Virus record (IMG/VR): IMGVR_UViG_3300045988_150343
Reading direction: 5' to 3' (one strand)
From: a virus
Length of the DNA stretch: 64,000 nt
Shown here: piece by piece, positions 34,127 through 43,276 of the stretch
Layout: each line of letters begins with the position of its first letter
Numbering within the stretch: the first letter of the stretch is position 1
Notes under the pieces: model-generated
The model's database searches: none
Seen by the model: the letters and a program-made list of their open reading frames with translations, nothing else
What the model was told of the DNA's origin: nothing
Position numbers and translations under genes: made by a program

Positions 34127-35001
34127 TAGTAGTTAGATTTTTGGCGAAAGCGATTAACCCGGTTCTTCTTAAAGAAGAGATAATAGAGATTTTCAGGTGT
34201 AATCCCCATTATTACGTGATAACCAAATAGTTTAGCTATGCCCTGGAAAAGGTGTTCAAAGTATGGAGCTTCATCAGAAAGTTCTCCACTCTGTTTCCAA
34301 GGTTTATTTTTTAGAAAGTTTCTACCAACTCCCAGGTGATACTGTATCTGCCATAGGTAGCTCATTTCTCGGTGATGAAAAAGTGAGGATAGGTTATGAA
34401 ATCCAGGGCAATAGGATTTTACCTTAAGATAATCCTCGGCATTCTCAAAACGGTCTATGGATAACAGTTCATATTGAAGACTCCCGGTATCTTCTAGTAT
34501 AACAGAATCAAACGAATTAAGTAACTTAGTTCCCGTTATCATAAGTAACTCTAGAAGTGGACGACTTTCACATTCTGAGTCTTCTGGTAATTGGCTTAAT
34601 GCCCATTCCCTCAAATCCTGTGGAGTAATTCCGGCATATATGAGAAGCTCAAGGAAGAATGCCGAGGCATCTGCCTGTTCCTCATTGGAGTTCTGTATAT
34701 GGTTAAGGAGCATCTTATACTCCTTATTAGATAAGAGGTCTAAGTTCCAACCGACTTTCTCCATCATTTCTACGGCATAATGGGTAGATTCATAACCCTC
34801 TGCCAATTCTTCTACTACTCGAGAAGCAAAATCCTTGAGAACTACCTGAGACTTTTTAGAGTTGATGTTAATAGGGTATTGAGGTAGCCCCTCAATACGG
34901 ATATAGCCTTCCATTAACTCTTTCTGCAGGTCGAACATTTTCTCGAGATAAGCTCCACCCTCTACTTTGGGTGGTTCCTCTTTGATGTTTCGAATATCCA
35001 T
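34126..35001 (-). CDS. all-alpha NTP pyrophosphohydrolase (MazG / dimeric-dUTPase-like)
   Basis: 291 aa. 'RVVEELAEGYES' (EExxE) and 'NEEQADASAFFLELLIYAGITPQDL' match the MazG-type metal-binding helix patterns. TAATG overlap with the next gene. Confidence 0.5.
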   Translation of the reverse strand: MDIRNIKEEPPKVEGGAYLEKMFDLQKELMEGYIRIEGLPQYPININSKKSQVVLKDFASRVVEELAEGYESTHYAVEMMEKVGWNLDLLSNKEYKMLLNHIQNSNEEQADASAFFLELLIYAGITPQDLREWALSQLPEDSECESRPLLELLMITGTKLLNSFDSVILEDTGSLQYELLSIDRFENAEDYLKVKSYCPGFHNLSSLFHHREMSYLWQIQYHLGVGRNFLKNKPWKQSGELSDEAPYFEHLFQGIAKLFGYHVIMGITPENLYYLFFKKNRVNRFRQKSNY

Positions 35002-35040
35002 ATAAAATCTGTTTATTTGAATGTTAAGTTAGAATAGTCC

Positions 35041-35703
35041 TTAGATCGAGTAATGGGCATCACGTAATGCGAGTTCGTCTTCTAAGGAAAGTTTCACACC
35101 GTCGCTTGAACCAAAACCTTTATCTCCTCGGGTCCCCCAGTTCTTAGCCATATCTTCGTATAACTGTTTAGGTATCTCCTCTGGTTCGGTATCAAAAATG
35201 GGTACATGAATAAACTGTACTATCTTTTCTCCGGGTTTCAGAGTTACGTTAGAATTACTAGTATTTATGAGAGAGATGTGTACTTCTCCAGTATAAGGAG
35301 AGTCTACTATCTCAGCTCCAAAAATAAGACCCTTTTTAGTGCATACTCCTGACTTATTAGCTGCCATAAACATAGATTGCTTGGGTTCGAGTAATACCCG
35401 AATACCAGAGGGGATAAGGATACGAGCATGAGGTCTGATTGTTACAGCATCAATGGGCTGATCATATAAGTATAGAGGATCATTTTGGCCTGAATCATGG
35501 ACCCAACCATGGGCCCAGGTATCTTTTCCCACGGTAAATTCTAACCCATAAGTATTAAGTACCTGTTCAGCTTGTTTTTCTAAAAGCTGGTTGACTGTTA
35601 AATCTTCGGGGAAGAAGAAGTCAAGTCCAGCATCCCCCGAATTTGCCCGGGCTAAAGGTTTTACCTTTCGTACTCGGGTGTAACGAATGGATGGTCTGTT
35701 CAT
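35041..35703 (-). CDS. dut: trimeric dUTPase family protein (with an internal insertion)
   Basis: 220 aa. All five dUTPase motifs are recognisable: 'GDAGLDFF', 'IPSGIRV', 'GAEIVDSPYTGEV', 'PGEKIVQFI' and 'RGDKGFGSS'. Confidence 0.85.
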   Translation of the reverse strand: MNRPSIRYTRVRKVKPLARANSGDAGLDFFFPEDLTVNQLLEKQAEQVLNTYGLEFTVGKDTWAHGWVHDSGQNDPLYLYDQPIDAVTIRPHARILIPSGIRVLLEPKQSMFMAANKSGVCTKKGLIFGAEIVDSPYTGEVHISLINTSNSNVTLKPGEKIVQFIHVPIFDTEPEEIPKQLYEDMAKNWGTRGDKGFGSSDGVKLSLEDELALRDAHYSI

Positions 35704-36095
35704 TGTTTTAATTCTTTATATATTTTGCGTACGATTTTCTTAGGCACTTCAAACTTCTCAGAGGTTTTAATTATAATCTCCTTACGTTCTTTACCTTTCC
35801 GGATTAATCCTCTCATGTACTTCTTCATCCCTGCTACATCTTCCAGAATATCCAGATCCTTGTATTGGTTTTTCTCTTCAAGTTCCTTGCGAGTAACCTT
35901 CAGCATCTGAGACATTTTGATAGCACATAATTCGGAGTCTCCACAGAGTTTACATTCCTTAGTGGAAAGGTCGTATGCTTTACCAAAGCAGGGGTCGGAA
36001 TTAATATCCCCGATTTCCTTCAGGTTAAGCGGAGTAAGAGGATCATGTTTAGTAAGTATTTCCTCTGAAGTTTTCTTCTTAAGTTTCTTAGCCAT
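35700..36095 (-). CDS. hypothetical protein with a Cys cluster
   Basis: Start set at the ATG at 36095 ('MAKKLKKK'), because the track start is a TTG. 'CFGK...CKLCGDSELC' may be a metal-binding site. Confidence 0.55.
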   Translation of the reverse strand: MAKKLKKKTSEEILTKHDPLTPLNLKEIGDINSDPCFGKAYDLSTKECKLCGDSELCAIKMSQMLKVTRKELEEKNQYKDLDILEDVAGMKKYMRGLIRKGKERKEIIIKTSEKFEVPKKIVRKIYKELKQ

Positions 36096-36128
36096 GATAA
36101 TTGTGTTTAATAGGTACAACCCAAAATC

Positions 36129-36452
36129 TTAGTAGTCATCTAGTTTTCTGAGTTGTGGAGTATAACATTTAATTAATAGTCCTGAGATATTCAATGAGGC
36201 GGGAAAGAGCCTTCTCCACCACTTCAAACTATTTATAGCCTTTATGTGTAGATTATAAATGAAGAGATCCTTTTCTGGCTCCATAGGTTTACCCTCTTCT
36301 ATGGGCACTACTTGAGTAAGTTCTATGATTATAGAGGGGTAGATACATTGGAAGGAGTATTCCCGGGTAACTCCAGTACTGTTGTGGCATATTCTGGGAG
36401 TTACGGTTATTAAGTTCTTCAGATTAAGTCTGTTGTAATGCACGGGTTTCAT
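36129..36452 (-). CDS. hypothetical protein
   Basis: 107-aa ORF with a 4-nt overlap with the upstream gene. Confidence 0.55.
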   Translation of the reverse strand: MKPVHYNRLNLKNLITVTPRICHNSTGVTREYSFQCIYPSIIIELTQVVPIEEGKPMEPEKDLFIYNLHIKAINSLKWWRRLFPASLNISGLLIKCYTPQLRKLDDY

Positions 36453-36946
36453 AGTTTGAGAGACTTTTCTATGTATTTATCCATTACCGCATGAAGCCCA
36501 TCTATTAGGGATTCATCATCAAGAAGGACTTCACTAAGTTTTGGAGCTTTATCAGTTATAAGCTTAGATGCAAGGGCATTAGCCGCCTTGCATACTGCAT
36601 TGGACTCTTCTGAGAGAGAATCCACCAGAATACCCATTGAATTGAGCCTATCTTTGAGCTCAAACATACAGTCATAAAGATAGTCTGAAGCAAGGGATAC
36701 TTTCACCAACATCTTATGGATATTATTCCTTTCTATTTCATCTTTGGGTAATAGTTCTCTCAGAGTCTTTTTCTCTGAGTAATACCTATCTTCCTCAGTT
36801 TTCTGTATTGCTAAGAGCTCAGCCTTGATTTTATTGATCTTAGGCTGTAACTGCATAGCCTGAACCATTTGATTCTGTCTGAAAAGCTCAGACTGCTTCT
36901 TTTTTAGTTCCTCAAATTGTTTAAGGAGTTTTCCGGGTCTAGCCAT
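36449..36946 (-). CDS. hypothetical coiled-coil protein
   Basis: 165-aa ORF with a heptad-like helical N-terminus. Confidence 0.6.
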   Translation of the reverse strand: MARPGKLLKQFEELKKKQSELFRQNQMVQAMQLQPKINKIKAELLAIQKTEEDRYYSEKKTLRELLPKDEIERNNIHKMLVKVSLASDYLYDCMFELKDRLNSMGILVDSLSEESNAVCKAANALASKLITDKAPKLSEVLLDDESLIDGLHAVMDKYIEKSLKL

Positions 36947-37123
36947 AATTACATAAATTTATAAGAGTTAATTTAATATAGGAGGAGAAAACTCCTCAGA
37001 GTAAGAGATAATCATCTCAATGAGTAAATTAGGGGCTTATTAGAAGAATTATAGAATGAGTTATAGTTCCTGTCTTTTCTGGATTAGGGATTAGGGGATA
37101 TGCCCCGGGTTTATGCTTAAGTG

Positions 37124-37156
37124 AATACTCTTTTCTCGAAACTCGAAAAGAGTATT
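37124..37156 (-). terminator. strong intergenic hairpin (possible terminator or processing site)
   Basis: 12-bp perfect stem AATACTCTTTTC (37124-37135) pairs with GAAAAGAGTATT (37145-37156) with a 9-nt loop, ~35 nt downstream of the helicase stop. There is no clear U-tract. Confidence 0.45.
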
Positions 37157-37190
37157 ACTCTTTAGTCTATCCAATAGAAAAGGCGTACCT

Positions 37191-38672
37191 TTAATCTCTA
37201 TCCTTCTTATCTCCATACGTGATACGAATAACTTTAAGTCCCTGTTCTTGATAATATCTTCTTCTACTTTTACCGTGATTATCCAGGTATTTCCCAGGAT
37301 AATGAATATCATCCAAATAGGCCTTAGTTTTAGAGGCATGACTTCTAACTAATCGGCCAAGGAATTGGATGGACTTCTCCTGGGCTTTCATAGACCCAGC
37401 ATTTATCATAGCTCGGAGTAGGGGGAAGTTTTTACCTCGAGCTATGATGGTAGTAGATACCAGGATTTGGATCTTACCCGACCTAAAATCCTGCATTATT
37501 CTTTTACGCTCTTTATTGGGAGTTTTAACATGTACACAGGCAATATTATAGGTATCTGCTAGTATTTCTCTAATTAAATCTCTTAGTAGTTCAGCATGTT
37601 TAACAAACTTGCATACTACGAGCATAGGGATTCTACCTTGTTCGGCATTGAAAGATACCCGTTTAAGTATAGGTATAACCGACCATGGGCTCTCTAAGAT
37701 ACACCGGGTATAGATATCTCGATAGGTATTACCTAAGGTACATTCAGGGTCCCGTACCTTAAGCCATTTACCAATCTCAATCATCTTTACCACAACATTA
37801 GTAGAGTAGCCTTTTTTGATGGATTCCTTGAGAGTGAATCGACCGATTACTTCCCCAAAGAAAGACATAAGGTTCATGTTCTTTACCTTATCCTTAGCCA
37901 ATTTACTCATGTAAATGGTACCTGATAATCCAATACGGACTCGGGTATTATATAAATGAGTGAGGACATTCTGATATTGCCTACTTCCCGCTTGGTCGGC
38001 TTCATCCACAAACACCATATCTATCTTTGACATCTCATTCTGATAGAACTTCATATTACGGGAGAGGGATTGTACCATACCAATATTAAACTGGGTCCAA
38101 GGTTTTTTACTTCGGCCTTGAATAAAGGATATGTCTTCTCCTGGGAGATATTCCTGGAACTCCTCCTTAGCCTGGTTAAGCCAATCGGAGTCGTTGGTAA
38201 TAAGTAGGGTTTTTAATTCTCTTTTGAAAGATAAGTAAGTAGCCGCCATAATCAGAGTCTTACCCGCATTTACGGTATAATCTAGTACTCCTATATGGAA
38301 AGGTTGATGGTCTATCTGATTAAAGCATATACGTTCTACTGCTTCTTTTTGCTCGGGTCTAAGAGTAAACTTCCCGACTTTGGTTATTACTTTCTTTACT
38401 TTAGGTACAGGCCGTCTCAAATCTATTACTTTCACAGATAAGCCGTACTCCTTACATTTAGTGAGTACGGCTGGGAGCAGTCCTATCTTAAAGAGTCCGG
38501 ACTTATTGATGTATTTTATTTTGCCATCCCAATCCTGCATACCTCTTACCCTTGTTTTAAGGTAGAAAGCTCCCGGGTGTCTGATGGCAAAATCCTGATA
38601 AAGTTTTTGCGCATATTTCAGAGGAATGTCCAATTCGCACTGATTGCAGTTCTTGATAATTATACTAGCCAT
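37191..38672 (-). CDS. SF2 DEAD/DEAH-box DNA helicase (UvsW / type-III-res-like)
   Basis: 493 aa. Motif I 'VNAGKTLIMA', motif II 'VDEADQ', motif III 'LSGT' and motif VI-like 'IIARGKNFP'. Confidence 0.85.
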   Translation of the reverse strand: MASIIIKNCNQCELDIPLKYAQKLYQDFAIRHPGAFYLKTRVRGMQDWDGKIKYINKSGLFKIGLLPAVLTKCKEYGLSVKVIDLRRPVPKVKKVITKVGKFTLRPEQKEAVERICFNQIDHQPFHIGVLDYTVNAGKTLIMAATYLSFKRELKTLLITNDSDWLNQAKEEFQEYLPGEDISFIQGRSKKPWTQFNIGMVQSLSRNMKFYQNEMSKIDMVFVDEADQAGSRQYQNVLTHLYNTRVRIGLSGTIYMSKLAKDKVKNMNLMSFFGEVIGRFTLKESIKKGYSTNVVVKMIEIGKWLKVRDPECTLGNTYRDIYTRCILESPWSVIPILKRVSFNAEQGRIPMLVVCKFVKHAELLRDLIREILADTYNIACVHVKTPNKERKRIMQDFRSGKIQILVSTTIIARGKNFPLLRAMINAGSMKAQEKSIQFLGRLVRSHASKTKAYLDDIHYPGKYLDNHGKSRRRYYQEQGLKVIRITYGDKKDRD

Positions 38673-38673
38673 T

Positions 38674-39507
38674 TTATTTATTCATTAAATCCCAAATGGA
38701 ACCCGATACTTTAGGCTCCGAGTGTTGGGCGTTATTACCTTGTTTATATATATACTTCTGGTACCTATCTATAGCTTTTTGACCATAAAGATTATGAGTT
38801 TCTGGTATACCATTACACCAAGCCATAGCTTCGAACTGAGCTTCTATAAAGTCTTCTCCATCCCAACCCTGGGATTCTAGAAGTTTCCTAAGTTGGATGA
38901 AGTCAAGATGTTGTTCTGGGTTCTCCTCGAGGGAACGACTCTCAACTATGCCTGTAGCATCTGCAATCTTTCGATGGTAGATAGCATAAAGTCGAGCAGT
39001 TTCCCGAGGGTTATTATCATCCCGAGACTCTTGAAGTGAACCGTAATAGTTGAATACGTTCTCGGACATAGAAATTAGTCGGGGTAACCAGTTTCGGAGA
39101 TTACGACCCATCCTATTGAAACATATCGTGATATAGGTTATAAAAGCCTCACGAACATTTTCAAAATTATAGGTCTCTGCAAATTGGTTGCAGATACTTG
39201 TGAGCTCCTTACATAAAGTCCAGTCTCTTCGATTGAACTCGGTTATCTTTCGGATTCCTCTATGCTTAAGTTTGATACGTACAGCATAGATGATATCAGC
39301 GGTTAGCTGAGTATCCCCTTTAGAGGCTAGTAAAACTTTAGAAACTTGCTTAGTTACTTTTTTATTCGTAACTGTTATAGCTCTAGTATTTAGAGCACGT
39401 TTAGCTGCCTGACTAAAAAAGGCATCCACTGGGAATGCCTTTATATCTAGTCCATCCAGGATTTGGATGAACTGTGATTTGGTTATATGCACACTGGGTT
39501 CTCTCAT
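38674..39507 (-). CDS. hypothetical protein (replication-module context)
   Basis: 277-aa ORF between the primase/helicase genes and the SF2 helicase. No motif recognised. Confidence 0.65.
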   Translation of the reverse strand: MREPSVHITKSQFIQILDGLDIKAFPVDAFFSQAAKRALNTRAITVTNKKVTKQVSKVLLASKGDTQLTADIIYAVRIKLKHRGIRKITEFNRRDWTLCKELTSICNQFAETYNFENVREAFITYITICFNRMGRNLRNWLPRLISMSENVFNYYGSLQESRDDNNPRETARLYAIYHRKIADATGIVESRSLEENPEQHLDFIQLRKLLESQGWDGEDFIEAQFEAMAWCNGIPETHNLYGQKAIDRYQKYIYKQGNNAQHSEPKVSGSIWDLMNK

Positions 39508-39511
39508 TTTA

Positions 39512-39880
39512 CTAAGTTAATAAGTATATAAGTGCATAGATAATCCCTATCCAGAGAAGCAGAATAAGAATATATCTTATGAAATACATGACCTTGTAAC
39601 CGAGGGAGGCTTCGAGATAAACTATCTCTATCACCTTACCCTCATTGTTAGTGAAACGAGCTTTAGGGAAATGCCTGTGTAACTTCCCCTCGAAGTGCCA
39701 AGCACAGTTCCGATACTCGTATATTTTATTATAAAACTCTCCCCAGATATAACCTTTATTAGGATTATTGATTACTTCGGGGATAAAGGCAAAAGCAGGG
39801 ACTTGTTTGATGTCATATTCCTTATTGCCTGTTTTGTGAACATTGAATATCATAATTAACCAACTTAGATGATTAAACAT
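39512..39880 (-). CDS. hypothetical membrane-anchored protein
   Basis: 122 aa with a C-terminal hydrophobic helix 'YFIRYILILLLWIGIIYALIYLL'. Confidence 0.5.
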   Translation of the reverse strand: MFNHLSWLIMIFNVHKTGNKEYDIKQVPAFAFIPEVINNPNKGYIWGEFYNKIYEYRNCAWHFEGKLHRHFPKARFTNNEGKVIEIVYLEASLGYKVMYFIRYILILLLWIGIIYALIYLLT

Positions 39881-39948
39881 AAGAGCATAAGCCTTACGAA
39901 AAGGATGCCCTATAAGAACTGATTCTCAAAGGTTTAGCTTTTCATTTT

Positions 39949-40899
39949 TCATATCGAGTTTCTTAATTTTATTAAGTCATTGTAATCTTGATAACGAGTA
40001 GAGTATACATAGCTAAGAGTTCTAGAACGGCCCAAATCATTTACATCCTTATCGTCGGGGAGAAATACTACCTTAACTTTTTTGTAGGGTGCTAATTTAA
40101 GCCCAAGATTAATAGCTTGGGCTTTGGCATCGGAGTCGAGAAGTATAATAAAGCGTTCGACGGGACTCTTAATGAGTTCGTTAATTTGATAAGCTGAGAC
40201 GGCTTTACCCATAGTCGCAATAGCCCTCTCCCCGAGAGTAAGAGCATTGAGGGCTCCTTCGCATATAAAGAGAGAGTTATATAGACTAAGAGCATCATGG
40301 TTATATATGATAAATTCCTTGCCTACCCCAGTAATATCCGTCGTGGGATTATTATATCTTGGCCCATGGCCGTATACTTGCCGTGCATTATAATACCGAA
40401 GTTGGCCACGATAGTAGAAAGGGATAATGAGGTAACCAAAGAAATCTCCCGAGTTGCAGTAACCAACTCCGGCTTTAACCATTTGGTCAAGTCGAAACCC
40501 TCTCTTAGTAACATATCCTCGTATTGATTGAGAAAGTTGACTGCTTCCCTGGTTGATAAGTTTGAAACCCTCAGGGAGGTAAAACATTTTTCTTTCACGG
40601 AGTTGAACCCTCTCTTCCGTGAAAGTATATTCGGTGTATTCGGCATTATCTAGTAGTTTTAGAAGTTCATTATAAGTGTTTAATCCTTCTACATCCATAA
40701 TAAACTGCGAGGGATTAGAATGATACCCGCACTTGAAGCAATTGGTCCTATACGTGTTAAGGTTTATGCCAAGCTTTTTTTCCCTCCCACAAAAGGGGCA
40801 GACTGGGACCTTAAGCCACCCATTACGGTACTTGTAGGCACCCAATCTTTTTACGAAATAGGTATAAAGCTTAGACTTGAAGGAGCTCGTTACTTTCAT
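39949..40899 (-). CDS. DNA primase (zinc ribbon plus TOPRIM)
   Basis: 316 aa. 'CPFCGREKK..(12)..CFKCGY' zinc ribbon, and TOPRIM motifs 'ICEGALNALTL' (Glu) and 'LLDSDAKAQ' (DxD). Confidence 0.8.
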   Translation of the reverse strand: MKVTSSFKSKLYTYFVKRLGAYKYRNGWLKVPVCPFCGREKKLGINLNTYRTNCFKCGYHSNPSQFIMDVEGLNTYNELLKLLDNAEYTEYTFTEERVQLRERKMFYLPEGFKLINQGSSQLSQSIRGYVTKRGFRLDQMVKAGVGYCNSGDFFGYLIIPFYYRGQLRYYNARQVYGHGPRYNNPTTDITGVGKEFIIYNHDALSLYNSLFICEGALNALTLGERAIATMGKAVSAYQINELIKSPVERFIILLDSDAKAQAINLGLKLAPYKKVKVVFLPDDKDVNDLGRSRTLSYVYSTRYQDYNDLIKLRNSI

Positions 40900-40901
40900 A
40901 C

Positions 40902-42344
40902 TTAAATATCTCCATGATTGTCGGGTTTAGGGGTCTTAGACTTTTTCACTGAAGGGTCACCATCCGATTTACGGATAGCATCTTCTAGTTTTCCGGCATA
41001 GACTTGGTCGTAACCCTTACGTTCTTCTCGGGTGAACTCTACTGCTTTCTGTTGGTCTACATTAACTTTGAATAGTGCCCTTCCAGAAGGTTTACCATCT
41101 CGTTGAACTACTAATTCCAGGCGTTGTATACCATCGGCTTCTTCCTGGGCAGTTGCATTTAAACCAAGAATAACCTGGGCATTACGAACAATTGAAATAG
41201 CTCCAGATATATCATTTTCTTGATAACGAGTAGCCCTATGCTTACTGCCCTCTCGAGTTATATGGTTAGCGGTCCATATACAATCCAGGTTGAGTTCTTC
41301 AGCCATGTCCTGGATATCGATGTATACATTTGAGATACGCTCAAAATCATCCCGATCTCCTTTGATACTGCCCATCTTAGCAGCATAGTCGATCATTACC
41401 ACTCGGATATCTATGCCCTTAGCTCTTTGTTCCAGGATTAAATCCCGAATCTGATTAGCTGTGGTTAACATAGCAGGGAGACGTTGTACTACAAACTCGA
41501 CTCCCAATCGGGCTAATTTCTTAACGTGTTTTAACTCAGCTTTATCGAACAGCCCCGAGTAAACTTCCTTTTTACTCTTACTAATTGAAGCCTGAGTTAA
41601 TCGGTCCATAATTTGGGCTTTACCATTCTCAAGGTCTACATAAAGAACCGACTTTTTCATACGAAGATAACCTTTAGCAAGGTTAACCAAGAAGAAGGTT
41701 TTCTTTGCCTTGGGTTTATCTAAGAGAACCATAACACTAGCTGCAGGAAAACCTCCAGCATTGGTAAGTTCATTTAACTGCCAATAAGGACAGGGTATAA
41801 TATCGGTATCAGTTTGTCTCCTTAATTGTCTATCAATCACGCCTCGAATGAAATAAAGGGGTTCATCCTTTTTAGCAGGTCGGGAGTTCTGGAGAATAGT
41901 GTCGACCTTTTTAGAATATTCAGAATATTGTTCGAAGTTATTAAGGTCCAAAGAATCGTTCAGATTCTTCATTTCTACATAGGTAGAAAATTGCCATATC
42001 TTCTCTTGAATGTATTCAGAGTCCTGAAGGGGTTTACTATATAGGTCTTTTATAATGGCCTTGATAGTAGGTATGTCCTCCTTAGTTACCAGGTCTACAT
42101 AATTCTTAGATTGTAACATATCCGAGACTACCTGTTTAAGGACATTTTCTGAGGGTATCTTCTTTTTCTTCTTGAAATAAGATAAGATACCCTCTGCAAT
42201 TATACTGTGCTCAATCAAGGTAAGATAACTTGATTTGATACGGGATAAAGCAATGGGTCCTTCAGGGTCCCGGATGATGTATCTAAGTATTTCGAGTTGG
42301 AACTCGGGAGTAAACTCGAATTTAATCTTAGGTGGTTTTTTCAT
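40902..42344 (-). CDS. DnaB-like replicative helicase
   Basis: 480 aa. RecA-fold C-terminal half with Walker A-like 'DKPKAKKT' and Walker B-like 'VVMIDYAAKM'. Abuts the primase gene. Confidence 0.7.
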   Translation of the reverse strand: MKKPPKIKFEFTPEFQLEILRYIIRDPEGPIALSRIKSSYLTLIEHSIIAEGILSYFKKKKKIPSENVLKQVVSDMLQSKNYVDLVTKEDIPTIKAIIKDLYSKPLQDSEYIQEKIWQFSTYVEMKNLNDSLDLNNFEQYSEYSKKVDTILQNSRPAKKDEPLYFIRGVIDRQLRRQTDTDIIPCPYWQLNELTNAGGFPAASVMVLLDKPKAKKTFFLVNLAKGYLRMKKSVLYVDLENGKAQIMDRLTQASISKSKKEVYSGLFDKAELKHVKKLARLGVEFVVQRLPAMLTTANQIRDLILEQRAKGIDIRVVMIDYAAKMGSIKGDRDDFERISNVYIDIQDMAEELNLDCIWTANHITREGSKHRATRYQENDISGAISIVRNAQVILGLNATAQEEADGIQRLELVVQRDGKPSGRALFKVNVDQQKAVEFTREERKGYDQVYAGKLEDAIRKSDGDPSVKKSKTPKPDNHGDI

Positions 42345-42430
42345 CTTGTTCTGGGTTTAAATTTATATAGTTATAGTGGACTTGTTCTCATGTGTATAGT
42401 AGCTCAATCTAGAGGGTGTATCATACTCCT

Positions 42431-42480
42431 CTACCAGCTCTACTAAAATTTGGATATATTAAAATAATGTCTTAAATTTG
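42431..42480 (+). promoter_or_regulatory. Bacteroidota-type early promoter with TACCAGCTC element; the only plus-strand copy
   Basis: CTACCAGCTC (CCAGCTC 42434-42440), TTTG (42449-42452), 20 nt, then TAAATTTG (42473-42480). The ATG is at 42521. Confidence 0.75.
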
Positions 42481-42520
42481 CATTGTAAAAAATTTAATAA
42501 ATTTTAATTCAATATTACTA

Positions 42521-43177
42521 ATGAAACCTAAAGAAGAACGAAACGGTTCCGAGATACACAGGTTAACTGGAATGCCCGAGAATTATGACCGGGAACTTTT
42601 TCAGAGATTATACCGGGTTACTCGCCCAGTAATTAGAAACCTCACCAGAACCATTGACCATAGGAGATTTAATGTAACTCCGGATATTATTGCCTCTTAC
42701 TTTGATGACAAGTTCTTATTTGTCTTCAACAAGTATTATGGTACTTGTTCAGAAGAACATTTACAGGCAAATATCTTGAGAGCATTATCCACTTTTAAGA
42801 ATAAACTTCTCAGAAGTGCTTACGGAGAAAAAGCTGAGTACAACCAGAGTTTAACTTCAATGGAAGACTTATTTGATAATAGTAAGGAACTTGAGGATGA
42901 CTCTGAAGAAGTAGAAGTTAAAGAAGAACACATGAAAATGATTGAGGATTACATGAGGAAGAATCTATCTCCGGATGCTTTCCTTATCTTCCAATTAACC
43001 ATGGACCCTCCCGAGGTTTTACTTCCTACGGATGAACGAGGGAAAAGAATACCCAATATTACTTTTGTGGATTTCTTTGAATTGCCCAGGACCCGGTCCT
43101 CAGTTAATTATATTGCAGATCTCCGTAAGGATATAGAATACTGGATTCATCAAGCCCAAAAGGAATTAAAATATTAA
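42521..43177 (+). CDS. putative phage sigma factor (sigma-70/ECF-like)
   Basis: 218 aa, the only credible plus-strand gene. Region-2-like 'LFQRLYRVTRPVIRNLTRTI..VTPDIIASYFDDKFLFVFNKY', an acidic linker, and region-4-like 'LSPDAFLIFQL...SVNYIADLRKDIEYWIHQAQKEL'. This is pattern-level evidence only. Confidence 0.45.
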   Translation: MKPKEERNGSEIHRLTGMPENYDRELFQRLYRVTRPVIRNLTRTIDHRRFNVTPDIIASYFDDKFLFVFNKYYGTCSEEHLQANILRALSTFKNKLLRSAYGEKAEYNQSLTSMEDLFDNSKELEDDSEEVEVKEEHMKMIEDYMRKNLSPDAFLIFQLTMDPPEVLLPTDERGKRIPNITFVDFFELPRTRSSVNYIADLRKDIEYWIHQAQKELKY

Positions 43178-43205
43178 CTCTTTTTCTATCTCTGGTTCAT
43201 CATGC

Positions 43206-43246
43206 GAAAATGCCCCGGCTTCACAGTCAGGGCATTTTCTTTGTTA
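43206..43246 (+). terminator. Rho-independent terminator between convergent genes
   Basis: 10-bp stem GAAAATGCCC (43206-43215) pairs with GGGCATTTTC (43230-43239), followed by TTTGTT. Confidence 0.7.
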
Positions 43247-43276
43247 TGAGTAGTCAAAAAGGAATAGTATCTTTTA

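Noticed and set aside
37091-37339. An 82-aa minus-strand ORF overlapping the 3' end of the SF2 helicase gene.
   Set aside because: Most of it is an alternative frame of the helicase C-terminus. The remainder covers the hairpin-containing intergenic region, and it shows no independent support.
42345-42375. Candidate late-promoter motifs: TATAAAT-like strings (upstream of 60363, 42344 and 36946) and TTTAAACC(C) 10-17 nt upstream of several ATGs (42344, 57583, 15765 and 5012).
   Set aside because: There are too few occurrences, at inconsistent distances, in an AT-rich genome where such strings arise by chance. I could not establish a consensus without TSS data or a statistical scan.
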